The position numbers and the translations under genes are program-made. The notes under the pieces are model-generated. The model was not told where the DNA came from and did no database searches. It was given only the letters and a program-made list of their open reading frames with translations. Of a stretch of 64,000 nucleotides of DNA, positions 36,972-50,010 are shown piece by piece (position 1 is the first letter of the stretch; each line of letters starts with the position of its first letter). Source of the stretch: Isurus oxyrinchus (Eukaryota); NCBI GenBank assembly GCA_026770705.1, contig JANJGN010000001.1, positions 128,588,001 to 128,652,000 of the forward strand. The letters run 5' to 3'.

Positions 36972-39584
36972 CTGGAGGGTAGAAATCGGACATAAACAAA
37001 CAGAACAAAAGGAACTCAAACGGTCTTAGGCATGACGCTTAAAGGAAACTAAGGTGTTGGAAATCACGGGTGAATTCACGTCGAGGAGGGCTGCTTGTTG
37101 CAACTGGGCAGCTTGGCTGCCTGAATTTAATGGCCAACTATTATTCCTTTTGTGTGGTTGCCTCTCCTTTGAGGATAATAATTTTTTGCAGGATTACTTA
37201 TAGGTTTACAAGCGACAGCGCAAGCAAATTGCCACTTGGGTTTCACATATGCTCATGTCTCTAGTGTGGGACTTCAGGGTAATAATACCAGTCATTAGGA
37301 ACCATTCAATATCCAACCCTTTTCAAGAAAGCTTTTAGACGTAAATGACACACTGAATAAAGGTGTGTGTAATGTACCATTACCTGGTTTGTTGGTTTTA
37401 AATTTCCTTGGTAATATAACAGTTACTGGTCCAAACACGAATTAAATTTTTTAGAATCTTTTTGCGAAAAGATTGCAGCATAGTTTGTAAAGTTAAAGAA
37501 AGGGGTATTCCATTGTGTGCCTGCAGTTTTACACATTATTTACAGGCACATTGAGCCTGTAGCTCCAATTCTAACTGTTGTCACAACCACTATGGCCAAT
37601 TTATCAGTTTGGTCTGACAAGCCATTAAATCAAAAAGCATCAGCCACCAATCTGCGTAGCAAAATGCCCAATAAAACAAAGATAGCAACCCACTTAGTGT
37701 GAATCAGACACTTTGAGGTAGGAAGTTTTAGCCTCTATGATCTGCCAACCCAAATACCTTTTTTCATATATATATTGAAGGAAACACAGCAGTATGGAAT
37801 TTTATTAATTAAGAGATTATTGGAATGCTCGTTTTGTCAGCCTCTGACATTACTTGAGCTGCTTAAATGGCTAATGAGTCACAGGGTGCAAATTTTCAGC
37901 TCGAGTCCAGAAGCAATTGAGCTCCTAACAGCATACATAATTACTTTCTGTGATCAGCAGACAGAGCAGGCTTGATGTCCTGTCTGGCCTTTTCTCTTTC
38001 CATCTTTTATGTCCCACATTTTTATTACTGAATATCTTTTTGAAAGGACTCAGTTAGATCATTGAGATTGTTTTCGTGCCTTTATCTTTGGAATAAAGCT
38101 CCTTGCGAGACCAAAACCTACTGCGGTCGAGTCTAGAAAAGTGCACTTCTGCTCCAAGCAGAATCTCAATCCAAGCATAACATTTCTTGGCAACGCATTT
38201 GTATATTTATCAGGATCCAACTGCATTACAAGATGTGTCAATGTGACAGAAACACCCCATTCCACTACACCGGTGATAAGATTATGTCACTGTGCGTTTT
38301 TTTTTAATCTGAGGAACCGAACATTTTTCTGTTTCCCCTTCTGAAAGCAGTGTTGGGTTCACAACTTTCTGATTCAGGTAGAGGGCAGTTTCAACACACT
38401 GGAATGGCCTCTCCCTACACTACCCCAACAAATGTGGCTGGATCTCTTGCATTTGCCTTTTTCTTTCAAATCAATGGCTGTGGCCTTAATGAGGGAGCTG
38501 ATCCAACGCTCATTCATACTTAAGACCCTCAGACCTTAAGCGTGGCAAATGACCAAACTATTATTAACTCCCCTGTCACCACCAAAAAGCACTCTATTTA
38601 ACGGATAACTAATGAAACATCATCCTTAGGCTGGAGGATCTTACAGGGCACTGTGTTTTGGGCATGCTCATGAATATTTAAACCCTCTCTATCTAGTCAC
38701 AACTCAGCTTCCTGAAATCAGGGTAGGGAAGGGCTGTTTAGATTGCCAGTGTTATTACATTTTTACCCATTATTATTGTGATCATGGCCAGTTGCTATGC
38801 TTTGTCAATATAACACATTAATTATGATTTGGTAAAGCCCAAGCTGATTGATGGAGGTCCCTGTGGATATTGCTTCATCAGAGCTTTAAGCCAAACAGTA
38901 CATCCGTATCCGATTTTATTTCAGATGCTTGTACCATGGAGGTTAACTGCTGTTGTACAAATGTGTTAAGTAGGGTAACTGGACATGCATTGTTTGAGAA
39001 AACTATTGAATGGTGCCCCTTCAAAATCTGGTTATAGTTCCAATTTCAATTATTCTTGAAATATATTTACTATACATTTCAAATATTCCACTCGACTGAA
39101 AAGGAATCGAATAGCAATAGTAAATGTGAAGGCCCTTTGTCAAATAATCATTGATCTAGTAAGCAGCCCATCCCAAAACACATTCCCTCTCATTCACTGC
39201 TCAGTTACACACGAGTTGTACCATTTACTTTTAAATAGCCTCATTGTTTTTTCATAGTTCTATTGGAATTTCCAATTTATTTCAGGTAATAACGCACTGA
39301 CTTCAATTAGTCTTGGAGACATCGCCAATGCGATGAGAATTTGAGGGTGAGCATTGTAGGGAAGCTCTGAAATAGAAAGCAGGACCTAATGTGGGGAAGG
39401 AGCTTTCAGAAGTCTTCTGACTGCAGAGCATGTGACAGGAAGGTTATTTTATTCACACTATTTCTTTATCCTCCTCCTTGTACAGACAAGTGTGCGCATC
39501 TGTGTCTGTGTCCAATTATGTGTGTGCATGTCTCAGTGTGTGTGCATGTTTGTTTTTATGTTTGCATGTCAGTCTGTCAGGCAT

Positions 39585-39740
39585 GTCAGAGTGTGCGTGC
39601 ATGCGTGTCAGAGTGTGCGTGCATGTGTGTCAGAGTGTGCGCGCATGCGTGTCAGAGTGCGCACGCATGCGTGTCAGAGTGTGCGCGCATGCTTGTCAGA
39701 GTGTGCGCGCATGCGTGTCAGAGTGTGCGCGTGTGTGTGT
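39585..39740. repeat. 22-bp minisatellite (gtcagagtgtgcgcgcatgcgt) x ~7
   Basis: Units start at 39585, 39607, 39629, 39651, 39673, 39695 and 39717. Confidence 0.95.
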
Positions 39741-40094
39741 CTGTGTATGTTGGAGAGTTAGGGTGTGTGGGGGTTTTGCGGTGTGCGTGTGTGCCAGTGC
39801 AGGGTGGACCATATGCTTATTACATTAAAAGTAAATAGCAAGGCTGATGAAAATTTATAGTCTGCAGTACCACTCTTTTCATAACAGTCAGTAACAATAT
39901 GTGCAATCCAATTCCATATTATTCTTTAAGGCTGGAGGTCTTTAATACTGCACAGAAATGCAACTTACAACCTGCTTTTGAATCTAAAAAGGCTGAAAAG
40001 CAGAGTAGTTTTTAAGTTAACATGAATGGTTAGAATTAACCTACATCATATGGGCTTCACTGTTGAGCAAATTAGCAGAAATTTGTTTTGCTCC

Positions 40095-40490
40095 TTATTC
40101 TTTCATGGGATGTGGGCATCACTGACAAGGCCAGCATTTATTGGCCATCTCCAATTTCCCTTCAACGGAATCTCTTGCTGGGCCATTTCAGAGGGGAGTT
40201 AAGAATCAACCACATTGCTGTGGGTCTGGAGTCACATGTAGGCCAGACCAGGTAAAGACAGCAGATTTCCTTCCCTAAAGCACATTCATGAACCAGATGG
40301 TTTTTATTTTAAACAATAATTAAATGATAGTTTCATGGTCACCATTACTCAGACTAGCTTTATATTCCAGATTCATTAATTGAATTTAAATGCCACTAGA
40401 TGCCATGGTAGGATTTGGATACATGTCCTCACAGCATTAGCCTGGGCTTCTGGATTAATAGTTTAGGGATATTACCACTATGCCGCCATC
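40095..40490 (-). mobile_element. tRNA-derived shark SINE, same family as 10075-10420
   Basis: Colinear with 10075-10420. Confidence 0.75.
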
Positions 40491-42256
40491 ATATAATAGA
40501 CATAATTGACTTCCTATTAAAGCATTAGAAATTGTATATTAATATCAAGCTAGAAATAGTCAATCTCCAGCTACTTTTATATTTAGCTTTAGGTTAAGCA
40601 CCATGATAGTATTGACTGCTCTTTCTGTCCCATATTTGGTGGAAACCTTACATTGAACTAGACTGATTCAATGGGGTCAGATGCCAGGAAGACCTGGTGG
40701 GTAAGGAGGACTTGCAAAGGAAAGGTATAGCTACCAGCTTGTTACATGGCAGCAGATCCAACATTAAATTTGTTGCATTATCTGCAAGCCTGCCCCTTTC
40801 ATGGCCTGCATCAGAGATAAGTGCAAGTTTTTGTTTATGCAGAAAAAGACCCCAGGCTCGGTCTTCAGCACTTCCGAGCTGCTGAGCTAAGAACTAAGAT
40901 CTGCCCAGAGCCTAACAGGGAAGCTATTCTCACTGTTGTCGTGGAATAACTGAGCATTCCTAAAATAAGTGCTTTTAAAGTTGTGCTCAGGGTTTAATTT
41001 GCTCCTACCTTGACAGAATAGTATGGACAATATGCTACTTCAGTGCTGTGCACTGCTATATTCTATCAGTCCAAAATCCTGCTTCTTCCCTCTGCATGAC
41101 CCAGGTGTTCCTGAGAGTGCGAGACCCTCACTTGCGCGCACCCACATACCCATACCCACTTACTTAAATTTCAAAATTATTTAAGGATCAGGATCAGGAT
41201 CAGGTCAGCCTAAAATTGCCTCTACACAAATGGATTGACTGGTAAGCGAGCCCTTCCAATCTCAAAGTTTAACCTTGGCAATGTGAGACCTTTAGGAGCC
41301 TGTTTATTTTTAGCATCATGGCTGATTTAGACCTGATTTTGTATGTAATGCATATGCTGCAAACTGGCTGGATTACACTGATTATAGTGCAGAGACAGAT
41401 GGGCGAAAGTAGAAAGAGCCACACTGGCAATGGAAGACGCCATCTCGTAGCAGCAGATCTGCATGGAGCAGTCATGAAATTAGGGCTTCCCTTCTAGTGG
41501 AAACTGCTTACAGCATACACAAGGTCCACATGCAAGAGATGCCAGCTGCATTGACTGGGGTTACTTTGAACACCATCGTATTTACACTGGTCTTTGGCGA
41601 CAGCGTCAAATTGATGGCAGTGAATCAGCAACCCAAATACACTCCGCCCAATGTTCTTTTCCACTACAGGAGATATAAGGAGCTACCCATTCACTAGCGC
41701 CCATTTTTCTGGTGTCCCATGTGTCAGCTGTACAAAATAACCTGCCACTTGCAGAGCGATAGCATCTATCTGAGACGGTGGGCAGATACAGGTTTTACAG
41801 TGCTGTTCCTAACAAAGCTCATCTCTCTCTCACATAGCAGCTTCTTTGCTGCACTAGGTATCTAGCTCACCCATTCATGAGCATTAATGCACGGAGTCAG
41901 GGGAATGACGCAAAATACACAATTAATGTGCTTTGCACAGATACATGATGTGTTCCTCGTCTGGATTTCATGTACACATTATCAGATGGCACAGTTAGAA
42001 CTCATGTTCACTGCTCCTTCTCTAGCCCAGGCTGGGTGAGGTAAATTATGGGGCACCCAACTACTGATGTACCCAAGATCAGCTACCTCAGTACAGCCCA
42101 AGAATGGAACAATGCTCTTTGGGCTGAGCTGTGTTTCGATGGGAATGGGGGGATGAGGGACGTCAGAGTTAATTCATAACCAAACTAGGTTTCTATGCAC
42201 TAAAGTCTACTCTTACAGGCAGGTTTTGGGGCTAATCTTATGACAAACTAAATAAA

Positions 42257-42296
42257 GTGTGTGTGTGTGCGTGTGAGAGAGAAAGAAAGAGAGAGA
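42257..42296. repeat. (GT)n(GA)n microsatellite
   Basis: Directly visible. Confidence 0.85.
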
Positions 42297-43644
42297 TTAT
42301 GCATGTGCATGTGTGAGTATATGTATTTTGTGGTGGATGTGAGAGATTGTGGGTGCTACATGTAAGTTTGCATGTGTGTATACACAATAATGTGTGCGTG
42401 TGGGTGAAGGGAGCCTTTCAAAATTATGCCATTTACAGCAGGCAGCTGTGGATCAGTTGAACAAAATGCTGATGGGCGTTTTGAGTGGGACAGGGAAGCA
42501 CTTAGTAAAGCAAGGCTCAAAGGCTCCTTTAAAACCAGAAATAACAACTCTCTATTTCATCTGTTAGTATTATAGTCAAAAATGGTTTAAGACAGTGCCC
42601 CAGGGGAGGTACATTGTATTTCAGTAGAGAAAGCTCCAATGTTTTTCAAGTGGATGCTTCAGATGTAAGTAACAAGACAATCAGAAGGGTTCAAAGGGCA
42701 GATGCATGGGCCACGCAGCTTTTGGACAACAAATCAGTTAATTAGAGCCTGAATAACAAAAGAACCAGTTAGGATTTGGATTTGGCAATTGGTCGAACAC
42801 GCACTTTAATCTTGAGCCAGTGGACAGGCACCGCTCTCTACCATCACTATCAGTTTTACTTTGAAAACAGTAGTAGTAAAACAGAACTTGCTTTCAGCTT
42901 AAAACATTCTCGTTATGAAAGATTTTAGTCAACGGATGATTTTAGCAAATTAAGATCTATTCACAGGACTTAGAGTTACAATATGGTGTTGAAAGTAAAA
43001 GAGATAGCTTGTAAGTATTGCTATATAACTAACATAATGTTGTGTGATTCAAGCGGAGGATGGATGCTGAGGTAATTCGGTATTTTCTTTTAAAGAGAGA
43101 ATGATGGTTTTTGAAGAACAGCCTCAAGAACTCTTCAAATGCAGTATCTTTATGTTAAACCTGAAGTTGTGGTGACAATCCAGTTGTGTATAATGGCCAG
43201 GTTCCAGTGATAAGTAACTTGAGACTTGACGTGTGGTAAGTGTTGCATATGTTTGGGAGAGAACAGGTGAGTTTGGGTGCTTAAGCTTTCCACCATTGGA
43301 GTTTTTCCTCACTTCGTGTCTGGGTCTATTGCAGACTAATTGATGGAGATTGATTGCCACGAGCTGTCAACAACTCATTACTGTTGTATCATGTGACTGC
43401 TGGGATGGTAGAAAGTGAATTATTTGGATCTTTTGTCTAGCAGTTCCAACATTTAAAGCTCTCTAGCGATTGGGGTACAAGAGCTGGCTTCCAGTGACAA
43501 TCTTAAACTGCAGTTCAACATGGATCATTAACAGCTGACCAGCATCACTGGTAATAAATCACAAAGTCATAAAACCCTCTATATGGTGACATTAGAGCAG
43601 ACATGCTGAAAGAAGAGCGTGAAGGAAAGGTTGGATTCACTTAC

Positions 43645-43765
43645 TGACAGGAGAGTTTATTAATACCATTGATAACGAAACACTGTCCTCCATTCACACA
43701 ATAGTGCCGATCGCTCTCGTTACATGGCCTTGCGTGGCCTGACCAAGGCGTAGGTGAAGTGGTAG
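43645..43765 (-). CDS. NRG1: Neuregulin-1 EGF-common exon (Cys1-Cys4 of the EGF-like domain): xTTSPTPWSGHARPCNESDRHYCVNGGQCFVINGINKLSC(Q)
   Basis: Hand translation of the minus strand shows the CVNGG neuregulin EGF motif. Acceptor tcttcccgtctgcag, donor gtaagt, 121 nt, phase 1 in and phase 2 out, in frame with the alpha and beta exons. Not in the ORF track. Confidence 0.95.
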
Positions 43766-43949
43766 CTGCAGACGGGAAGAACAGCAACATTAAAGAGATA
43801 ATTATTACCAATTTTAACTACAGCACATCAACAAGGCATGGTGCCCAGTGGCTTCAGTGCTAGTCCAGTGAAAAATGCCAAACTATTTTTTTTAGCTATA
43901 ATTGTTAAAATACCATTGGAAGAATGAGGTGCATCCATAACTTAACACT

Positions 43950-44310
43950 CCAACCTCGTGCTCAGTTCCCTCTGTGGCTTTGTTCCTCCCTATCTCTGTG
44001 ATCTCCTGCTTCCGTACAACTATGAGAACCCTCCTCCAAACCTGGCTTCTCACGCCCATCCTGTTTTCCTCACCATTAGTGGCTGTGCCATTTGGGTCGT
44101 GAACTCTGGAACTACCTCCCTAAACCTCTCTGCTTCTCCCAGTTTTTCTCCTCATTTTAGACGAAAATCTGCATCTTGGACCAAGCTGTTGTTTTAGTTC
44201 TAATATCTCCTTCTTTGGCTCAGTGTCAGTATTTATCTGGTTACACTCCTCTAACAGGCCTCGGGATGTTTTACAATATTAAAGGAGCTATATAAACGCA
44301 AGTACCTTCT
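43950..44310 (+). mobile_element. L2-like LINE 3' fragment (related copy at 16975-17155)
   Basis: caccattagtggctgtgcc...ctctggaactacctccctaaacc, tail tataaacgcaagt like that of the Deu SINEs. Confidence 0.5.
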
Positions 44311-47300
44311 TCCCTCAGTCACATCAGGGAAAGCACAATTTTACACACTATTTCTAGGCCTTTGACTTGTGGTGACATTTCACTTGAGAGAGGAACGGGT
44401 AGGATAGTCAGCTCTTGCCCACCATTCGGGTCAGTTCGCTGCCTGAACTCAAAGCTTAAAGTGAGAACTTGCACCCTCTGTGTTGGGGTGAATCATTGTG
44501 CCACAGAGCCACCTCATCCAGATTTGGTACCAATTATATGGTTCAAATAATCATCCCATACCAATATAAAACATGTAGTCACAATGATGCAATGGAAAAT
44601 ATGACCCGAGGTGGGATATAAACATATCAGGGAGTATTGTGCACCCAGTCCATATGTTTTCCTATCCACTAAAAGTGATGGCTTGGAAATTTTGTCCAAT
44701 TGGGTGCACTGACTTCTCCACCTCAATTTCCGATATCCACTCTCACCTCATGAGCTTCCAAACATGGAGCAGCCAATCATACAATTGACCTTTGCCCGGA
44801 TGGCCTTTTACACTTTAAAAATTGTACTATTTGACCATGAAATGCAATGACAGAACAGGACATCTGATGCATCACAATTGGGTTAAAATGATTCTGCACA
44901 ATGTCATCAGCATTCACTTCCAAAGAACACAACATCTTATCAGGACCCCAGTGGAATTCTGAACGCCAGCGAACATTTTGTTGCTAGTAGCAGGACAATT
45001 GCTGGTTGGTATTTTGTCTGTACCATATTTTGCTTTTAAATGCAACAGCCAGTTTAAGTTACAAAACCATAAGAACGCTTGTGATTTACTGTTATCAGAA
45101 ATAGTTTACATCACTGAGTAGATGTCTTTTGTTTTTAAGTCCTGTTGGTACAACCTCTTGGTGTGGGGCAGGCTGGCTAGCTAAAGCAAAGAGGGATGTC
45201 AGAATTGAACCAGAGGCTGGATCGATATAGGGAAAGGGTTCTACATGCAACTCGTCTTTCCCATCTGGTGTTGACTGATTTTCTGAGAGGTTCCTGCATT
45301 TTCACTTTTTTAAAATAATACAGATTTCCAGAATTTGTTTTTTTTTGGAAGGGGAACAGTTTATTTAGTTTGTTTGAATAGTCTTTATTACGGATTTTTA
45401 ATTTAAAATTAATTATTGTCGACAATTTAACATCATGCGCACAGCTGAGCAAAGAAGAATATCCTCTGTTGGCAAATCAGAACAAAAATCCCCTCCACCA
45501 ACAAACTTTGAGGTTCCTCTCCATCAGCCCTTACCATAAATTGGCAATTTTAATCAGCTTAAAAACTCAATCCTGTTCCTCGTCCCACTGTCTCGATGTT
45601 CTTAAACCCCCTTCCGTTCTGTGCTAGAGACTCCCTTCATTTTCCTAATGGAACAGGCGCCTCAGATCTTCTGAGCTCTGAAATACTCCTGTCAGCCACT
45701 GTAGCCTTGATAAGTGGACTTCCAGCTTATGTGAAATATTAACAAAAGAGAAGCAAACCAAGCATTGACGTTCTTTATTGGGCTGAGAGATATAAAGAGT
45801 AAGAAGTTATATGAAAGCAGTATAATTGCCTTTCACAACATCTTGTATTCCCCAACTCACCCTTCCTGCCCCCCGCCCAACATATGTAGCACACATACAC
45901 ATTCATCTCATCTCATGCAAGAACATGTAATGTATAAAAGCTTCAGAACTGGCTACAAATATTGACAGCCTCAGCTTAACTCTCCATAAAGGATTAACTC
46001 TTTGACCCACTGAAAATAAAAGCTTTCCATTTGAACAGCCAATGTTGAGAGGGAAGGGAGAGTGGAGCATAGAGAAAGCTTGAAAATAGAGGTTTACAGA
46101 GAAGAGCACATAGATTACACACACTCCAGACCATAGGCTGTAAAAGAAGCATTGTAACATCAGCTCATAATACTTCACATCAGTGTGTGAACTGCAATGT
46201 TGTACAGGAGCAATAGCACAAAACAAAGTCCATAAGCAGAAGTTTATGACATTCATTTTTTGTTTTGGTTCTTTCATTATGAAATTCTGATACCGAAACA
46301 AAGAGAAATAATTGAAAAAACTTGAGATTTGAAATCCTTGTTTTTTTTCTTCTTCTTTTTCCAAATCTGTACAAATATTGATTTTCAAGCTCCTTGTGGG
46401 AAAGGAACCCAAACATTGTGAAAAGTGACTAATATTCCATCATGGCAAAACATGAGGGATGGAAGGCGAGAGTCTGATTTCTGGACCTGGAATGATGGCT
46501 GCATTTCAGGAACAGCCGAACATTACAACAACAACAACTACTTGCATTTATGCAATACCCTTAACGGAGTAAAATGTCATAAGGTGCTTTGTGATATCAA
46601 ACATAATTTCATGACTGCTACTGATGAGCCTCATACAGGTCACTGTAACCTGCTTCATAACAACCCCCTAGTAAAGTGCAGTGACATGTGTTGCTAGTAT
46701 TAGACAGGATGTTGTTCAAATCAAAGACCAAACCCACTAAGTTAACTGTTTAGTTTATAATTGTAATTCACTCATGGATGTACAAAGGATTTGAATGAAT
46801 AGGTCTTCAGGCATTTTTAAAGGAATATGCTAATGCTCCATCGTACGTGAGCACTATGCTCTAACAAAAGACTTTTTATTATTTTCACTTTCATGGTTCA
46901 GAGACGTCAACCTTTGTGCTTCTACTCTCAGAAGCCTTCATTTAAAGAAATTAAAATCCACAATATAAAATACCCGCTACTGTATCGCACAAATCCTTCA
47001 AATCGCTGGAGGTAAAACAAAAACCATCTAGTTTGAAGTATAAAACCAGCTTCTCAGCTTGTGTTCAGAAAGCTCTTTGCAAGGCAGCTTATTATCTAAC
47101 CAGCTGGCTGCTTCACAAGCAGCAGTTTAACCCTCGTACTGCCAAAAGATGGACCTCCACAGATTTACACAGGATGGCTTCAAGTCAATGCAAATCCAAC
47201 TGAAGCCTTAGCGTTCTTATCTTTTTTTTAAAACTGAACGCACAGTATGAGTGTCCTAGGCACGGTGCAGGTAATTAATGAGGAGAGGGACCGCAAAACC

Positions 47301-47576
47301 AACACATTTTAACCGTCAAGCAAGAATGCAGACTCTCCCATAACAATCAGTTTAGAGAGTTGAGGCTGTGGATTGACTAGAAATTGTGGTTATAAAAAGG
47401 CACTCACTGGAGATCAGGTCAGCAAGGAGAAAAGAATAAACTTAGTAAAGTGCACCCTGCTGTTTGGAGACACGTCAGACAAACAGCACTGTAGTAAAGA
47501 TAAATAATTTACCCCCAAATTATGAGAGATTCTGGAGTGACAACTGACTTGCACGTTACTTGAGGTACATACTTAC

Positions 47577-48700
47577 CCTTGTGCATGTTGACATGACCAG
47601 GGCTCAAAAAATACTTGGGAGGACTCCAGAAATAAAATACTCCCTTCAAAAAAACTGAAAATCAAAAGCCTGAAAGCCTAGGTTAGTCAGCGCGAATCAG
47701 AGACTCATTTCTCAGGCAGCATCAGCAGTAGACCAGCTCTAGGATGTCCCAACAAAGTCACAACTTGTTCACAGTGAGAGCCATTAAAATGTTACCTCTT
47801 TTGAGTTGATGATGAGCTGACCACCCAGGACCCCCACCCCCTACTTTAACCTTCTCACCTGGGAGAAAACGCATCTTTAAAAGCCTCGACACATGAAGAT
47901 GTCTTGCCCCAAGATTGGTAGACCTTGTCCCAACTTTTACTGCAATCAGCGTAAGCTAGCGGTTGCTCCTGTGGACCCCGAAACAGTCTCAGGACTCCTG
48001 TCCTCTTCTTTGGTTTAAGTATACTTCCTCAGCCACGTCACTGCACCGTCAAATGTCTGATTCACAGTGCTGATGGTCGGCAAGCAAGACGTCAGCCACA
48101 GTGACTGTAGTGCCCAGCTCCAGAGGCAAAGGGGAGCGCCACTCAAAGAAAAAATAATGTCTGTGCCTTCAAATGAATCTTCGGCCAATAAACGCATCAG
48201 CTGCATTAAATCGCTTGTCCAATCATTGCTCCTGGGAGGAATCCGGGTTTTACGAATGAAAGTCAGCTCGCGCAAAATATTATCACAATGAATCAATACA
48301 GTCATCAAATCGAGCCACCAAACCCTTCAACTCAAATGAAAGAATGCAAAGTGTGATTGTCCATACTAATTGCTCCACTTTCTGCAAGTAGCAATAAAGA
48401 CAAACGTAATCAGCTCTGAGCCAACTATCCCCCCCGCGAAGCCACCTCACTTGCACACATACTGCGACGCACAATTTATGTACAGGTACTTTTAACCCCA
48501 CGTTAGCCACGACTGGCAACAATGACGCTTTTGAATTCTCACTCTCGCGATGCACTTCTTGGCAACCTGTGTGTCATGTCAGACGAGGGCAAACTAGCTT
48601 TCTCCTCACACCCACTGTTTAAAAAGTGGCACATGGTCCAGAGGCTCGGTCAACTTAACAGCATCCCGTGGTAAGGCGAGATAATTTATCATCGATCCTT
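47577..48700 (-). promoter_or_regulatory. CpG-enriched, repeat-free candidate internal promoter / alternative first exon region
   Basis: Local CpG excess, CRE/ATF-like TGACGT at 48033-48040 and 48088-48094, and strong minus-strand donors at 47858 and 47576, each preceded by an ATG in phase 1. Confidence 0.35.
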
Positions 48701-49344
48701 AGATCGGGACGTTTCTCTGTTGAAAAGAAGCCAGGTGGGAAGTTTGATGGGGGAGGTGAGGTGATGGCGACCTTCCTGGATACTGTACTTTTCATTATTC
48801 CAACCTTCATTATAGTCTAGACCAAAAGCATTTAGTCCCCATAACCAGAGTCCTTGTGTGATGACCACGTTGTTATGGGGTGAAGTAACACAGAGTATAA
48901 ATTCCAATTAACGTGAGACCAAGCCTGCATGATTCTGCATACCTGCAACAGCTTGACATGCATTGCACAGCACCTGCTGTGCTCAAAAAGCATGTTACAT
49001 AACGACAAGATTACTTTCGCAAAGATAAACAAATAAAAACATGGATTAAGGGGGAAGAGCTCGATCTTCACACTTGCTTCACATTCTGTATTGCAAACCT
49101 AATCATGATGCATGCAAATAATGAACTCAAGCTGGCAATTAATCATAAGGAGGAGGTATCATAGTCGAGAAAGTAATTATTAACATGCTGATATCAACAT
49201 TACTCTAATGGCCACTGGGGGCTGCACTGAACAGGTTGTTTGTTTGACCAAACAGGAATGACAGAAAAATGATGCAAAATGACAAAGGGGTGTTGTTTTT
49301 AAATTAACAATTTTCTCGTAAACTTACATTTCAATCACCTCTTT

Positions 49345-49660
49345 CCACAGAAGGCGTAACAATAATCCGGAACTCTCCCCTGCTAAAGGCGGCGGATGCT
49401 GGGACAATTGAAGCTGAATCCAAAACAGACATGGATAGATTCTTTGTTCAGGAATTTGCAGGTTCTTGGGAAAAACCAGGAAAAGAGACTAAATTGGGCT
49501 GCTCTCTCATAAGGTCCGAATAGGCCGAATGGCATCTTTCTGTGCCGTAAAATTTTATGATTCTATGAAAGAGCGACAAGGGATAAGGATCAAAGGCAGA
49601 AAAAAGTAGCTGAGGTGTGAACAGCCATAATCAAACTGCATGGTGGAGAAGTCTTGAAGG
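49345..49660 (+). mobile_element. CR1 3' tail fragments
   Basis: ggaactctccc...aggccgaatggcatctttctgtgccgtaaaattttatgattctatga. Confidence 0.6.
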
Positions 49661-50010
49661 GGGAGGTGGTGGTAATGTCATTGGGCTAGTAATCCAGAGG
49701 GCCGGGCTAAGGTCCCGATGGCAAGGGTTCAAATCCCACCTTGGCAGCTGGTGGAATTTAAATTTAATCAATAACCTGGAATTGAGAACCAACTGTTGTA
49801 AAAACCCATCTGGTTCACTGATGTCCTTTGGAGGGGGGGATATCTGCCATCCTTACCTCGTCTGGCCTATATGTAACTGCAGCAATGCCATTAACTCTTA
49901 ACTGCCCTCTAAAAAGGTGTGGCAAGCCACTCAGTTCACGGGCAATTAGGGACGGGCAACAAACGCTGGCCCTGCCAGTGATGCCCACATCCCATGAAGG
50001 AATAGATTTA
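49660..50010 (+). mobile_element. tRNA-derived shark SINE, same family as 10075-10420
   Basis: ggttcaaatcccacc B-box and ccatctggttcactgatgtcc core. Confidence 0.7.

Noticed and set aside
39389-39838. Three overlapping Cys/Val-rich ORFs, and the array as a possible CRISPR
   Set aside because: Translation of the stop-free 22-bp minisatellite. There are no unique spacers and the context is eukaryotic.
7128-43765. Calling the gene NRG2
   Set aside because: Only the EGF-common exon is NRG2-like. The beta, linker, TM and all cytoplasmic exons, including ANQDPIAV, are NRG1-type.
45903-46412. 169-aa hydrophobic ORF (also 54035-54547)
   Set aside because: Low-complexity AT-rich composition and no recognisable domain. 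The second overlaps a retroelement remnant.
48015-48308. 97-aa minus-strand ORF as an NRG1 N-terminal exon
   Set aside because: It stops at 48015 before any in-frame donor and has no Ig or CRD similarity. At most it could be a uORF.
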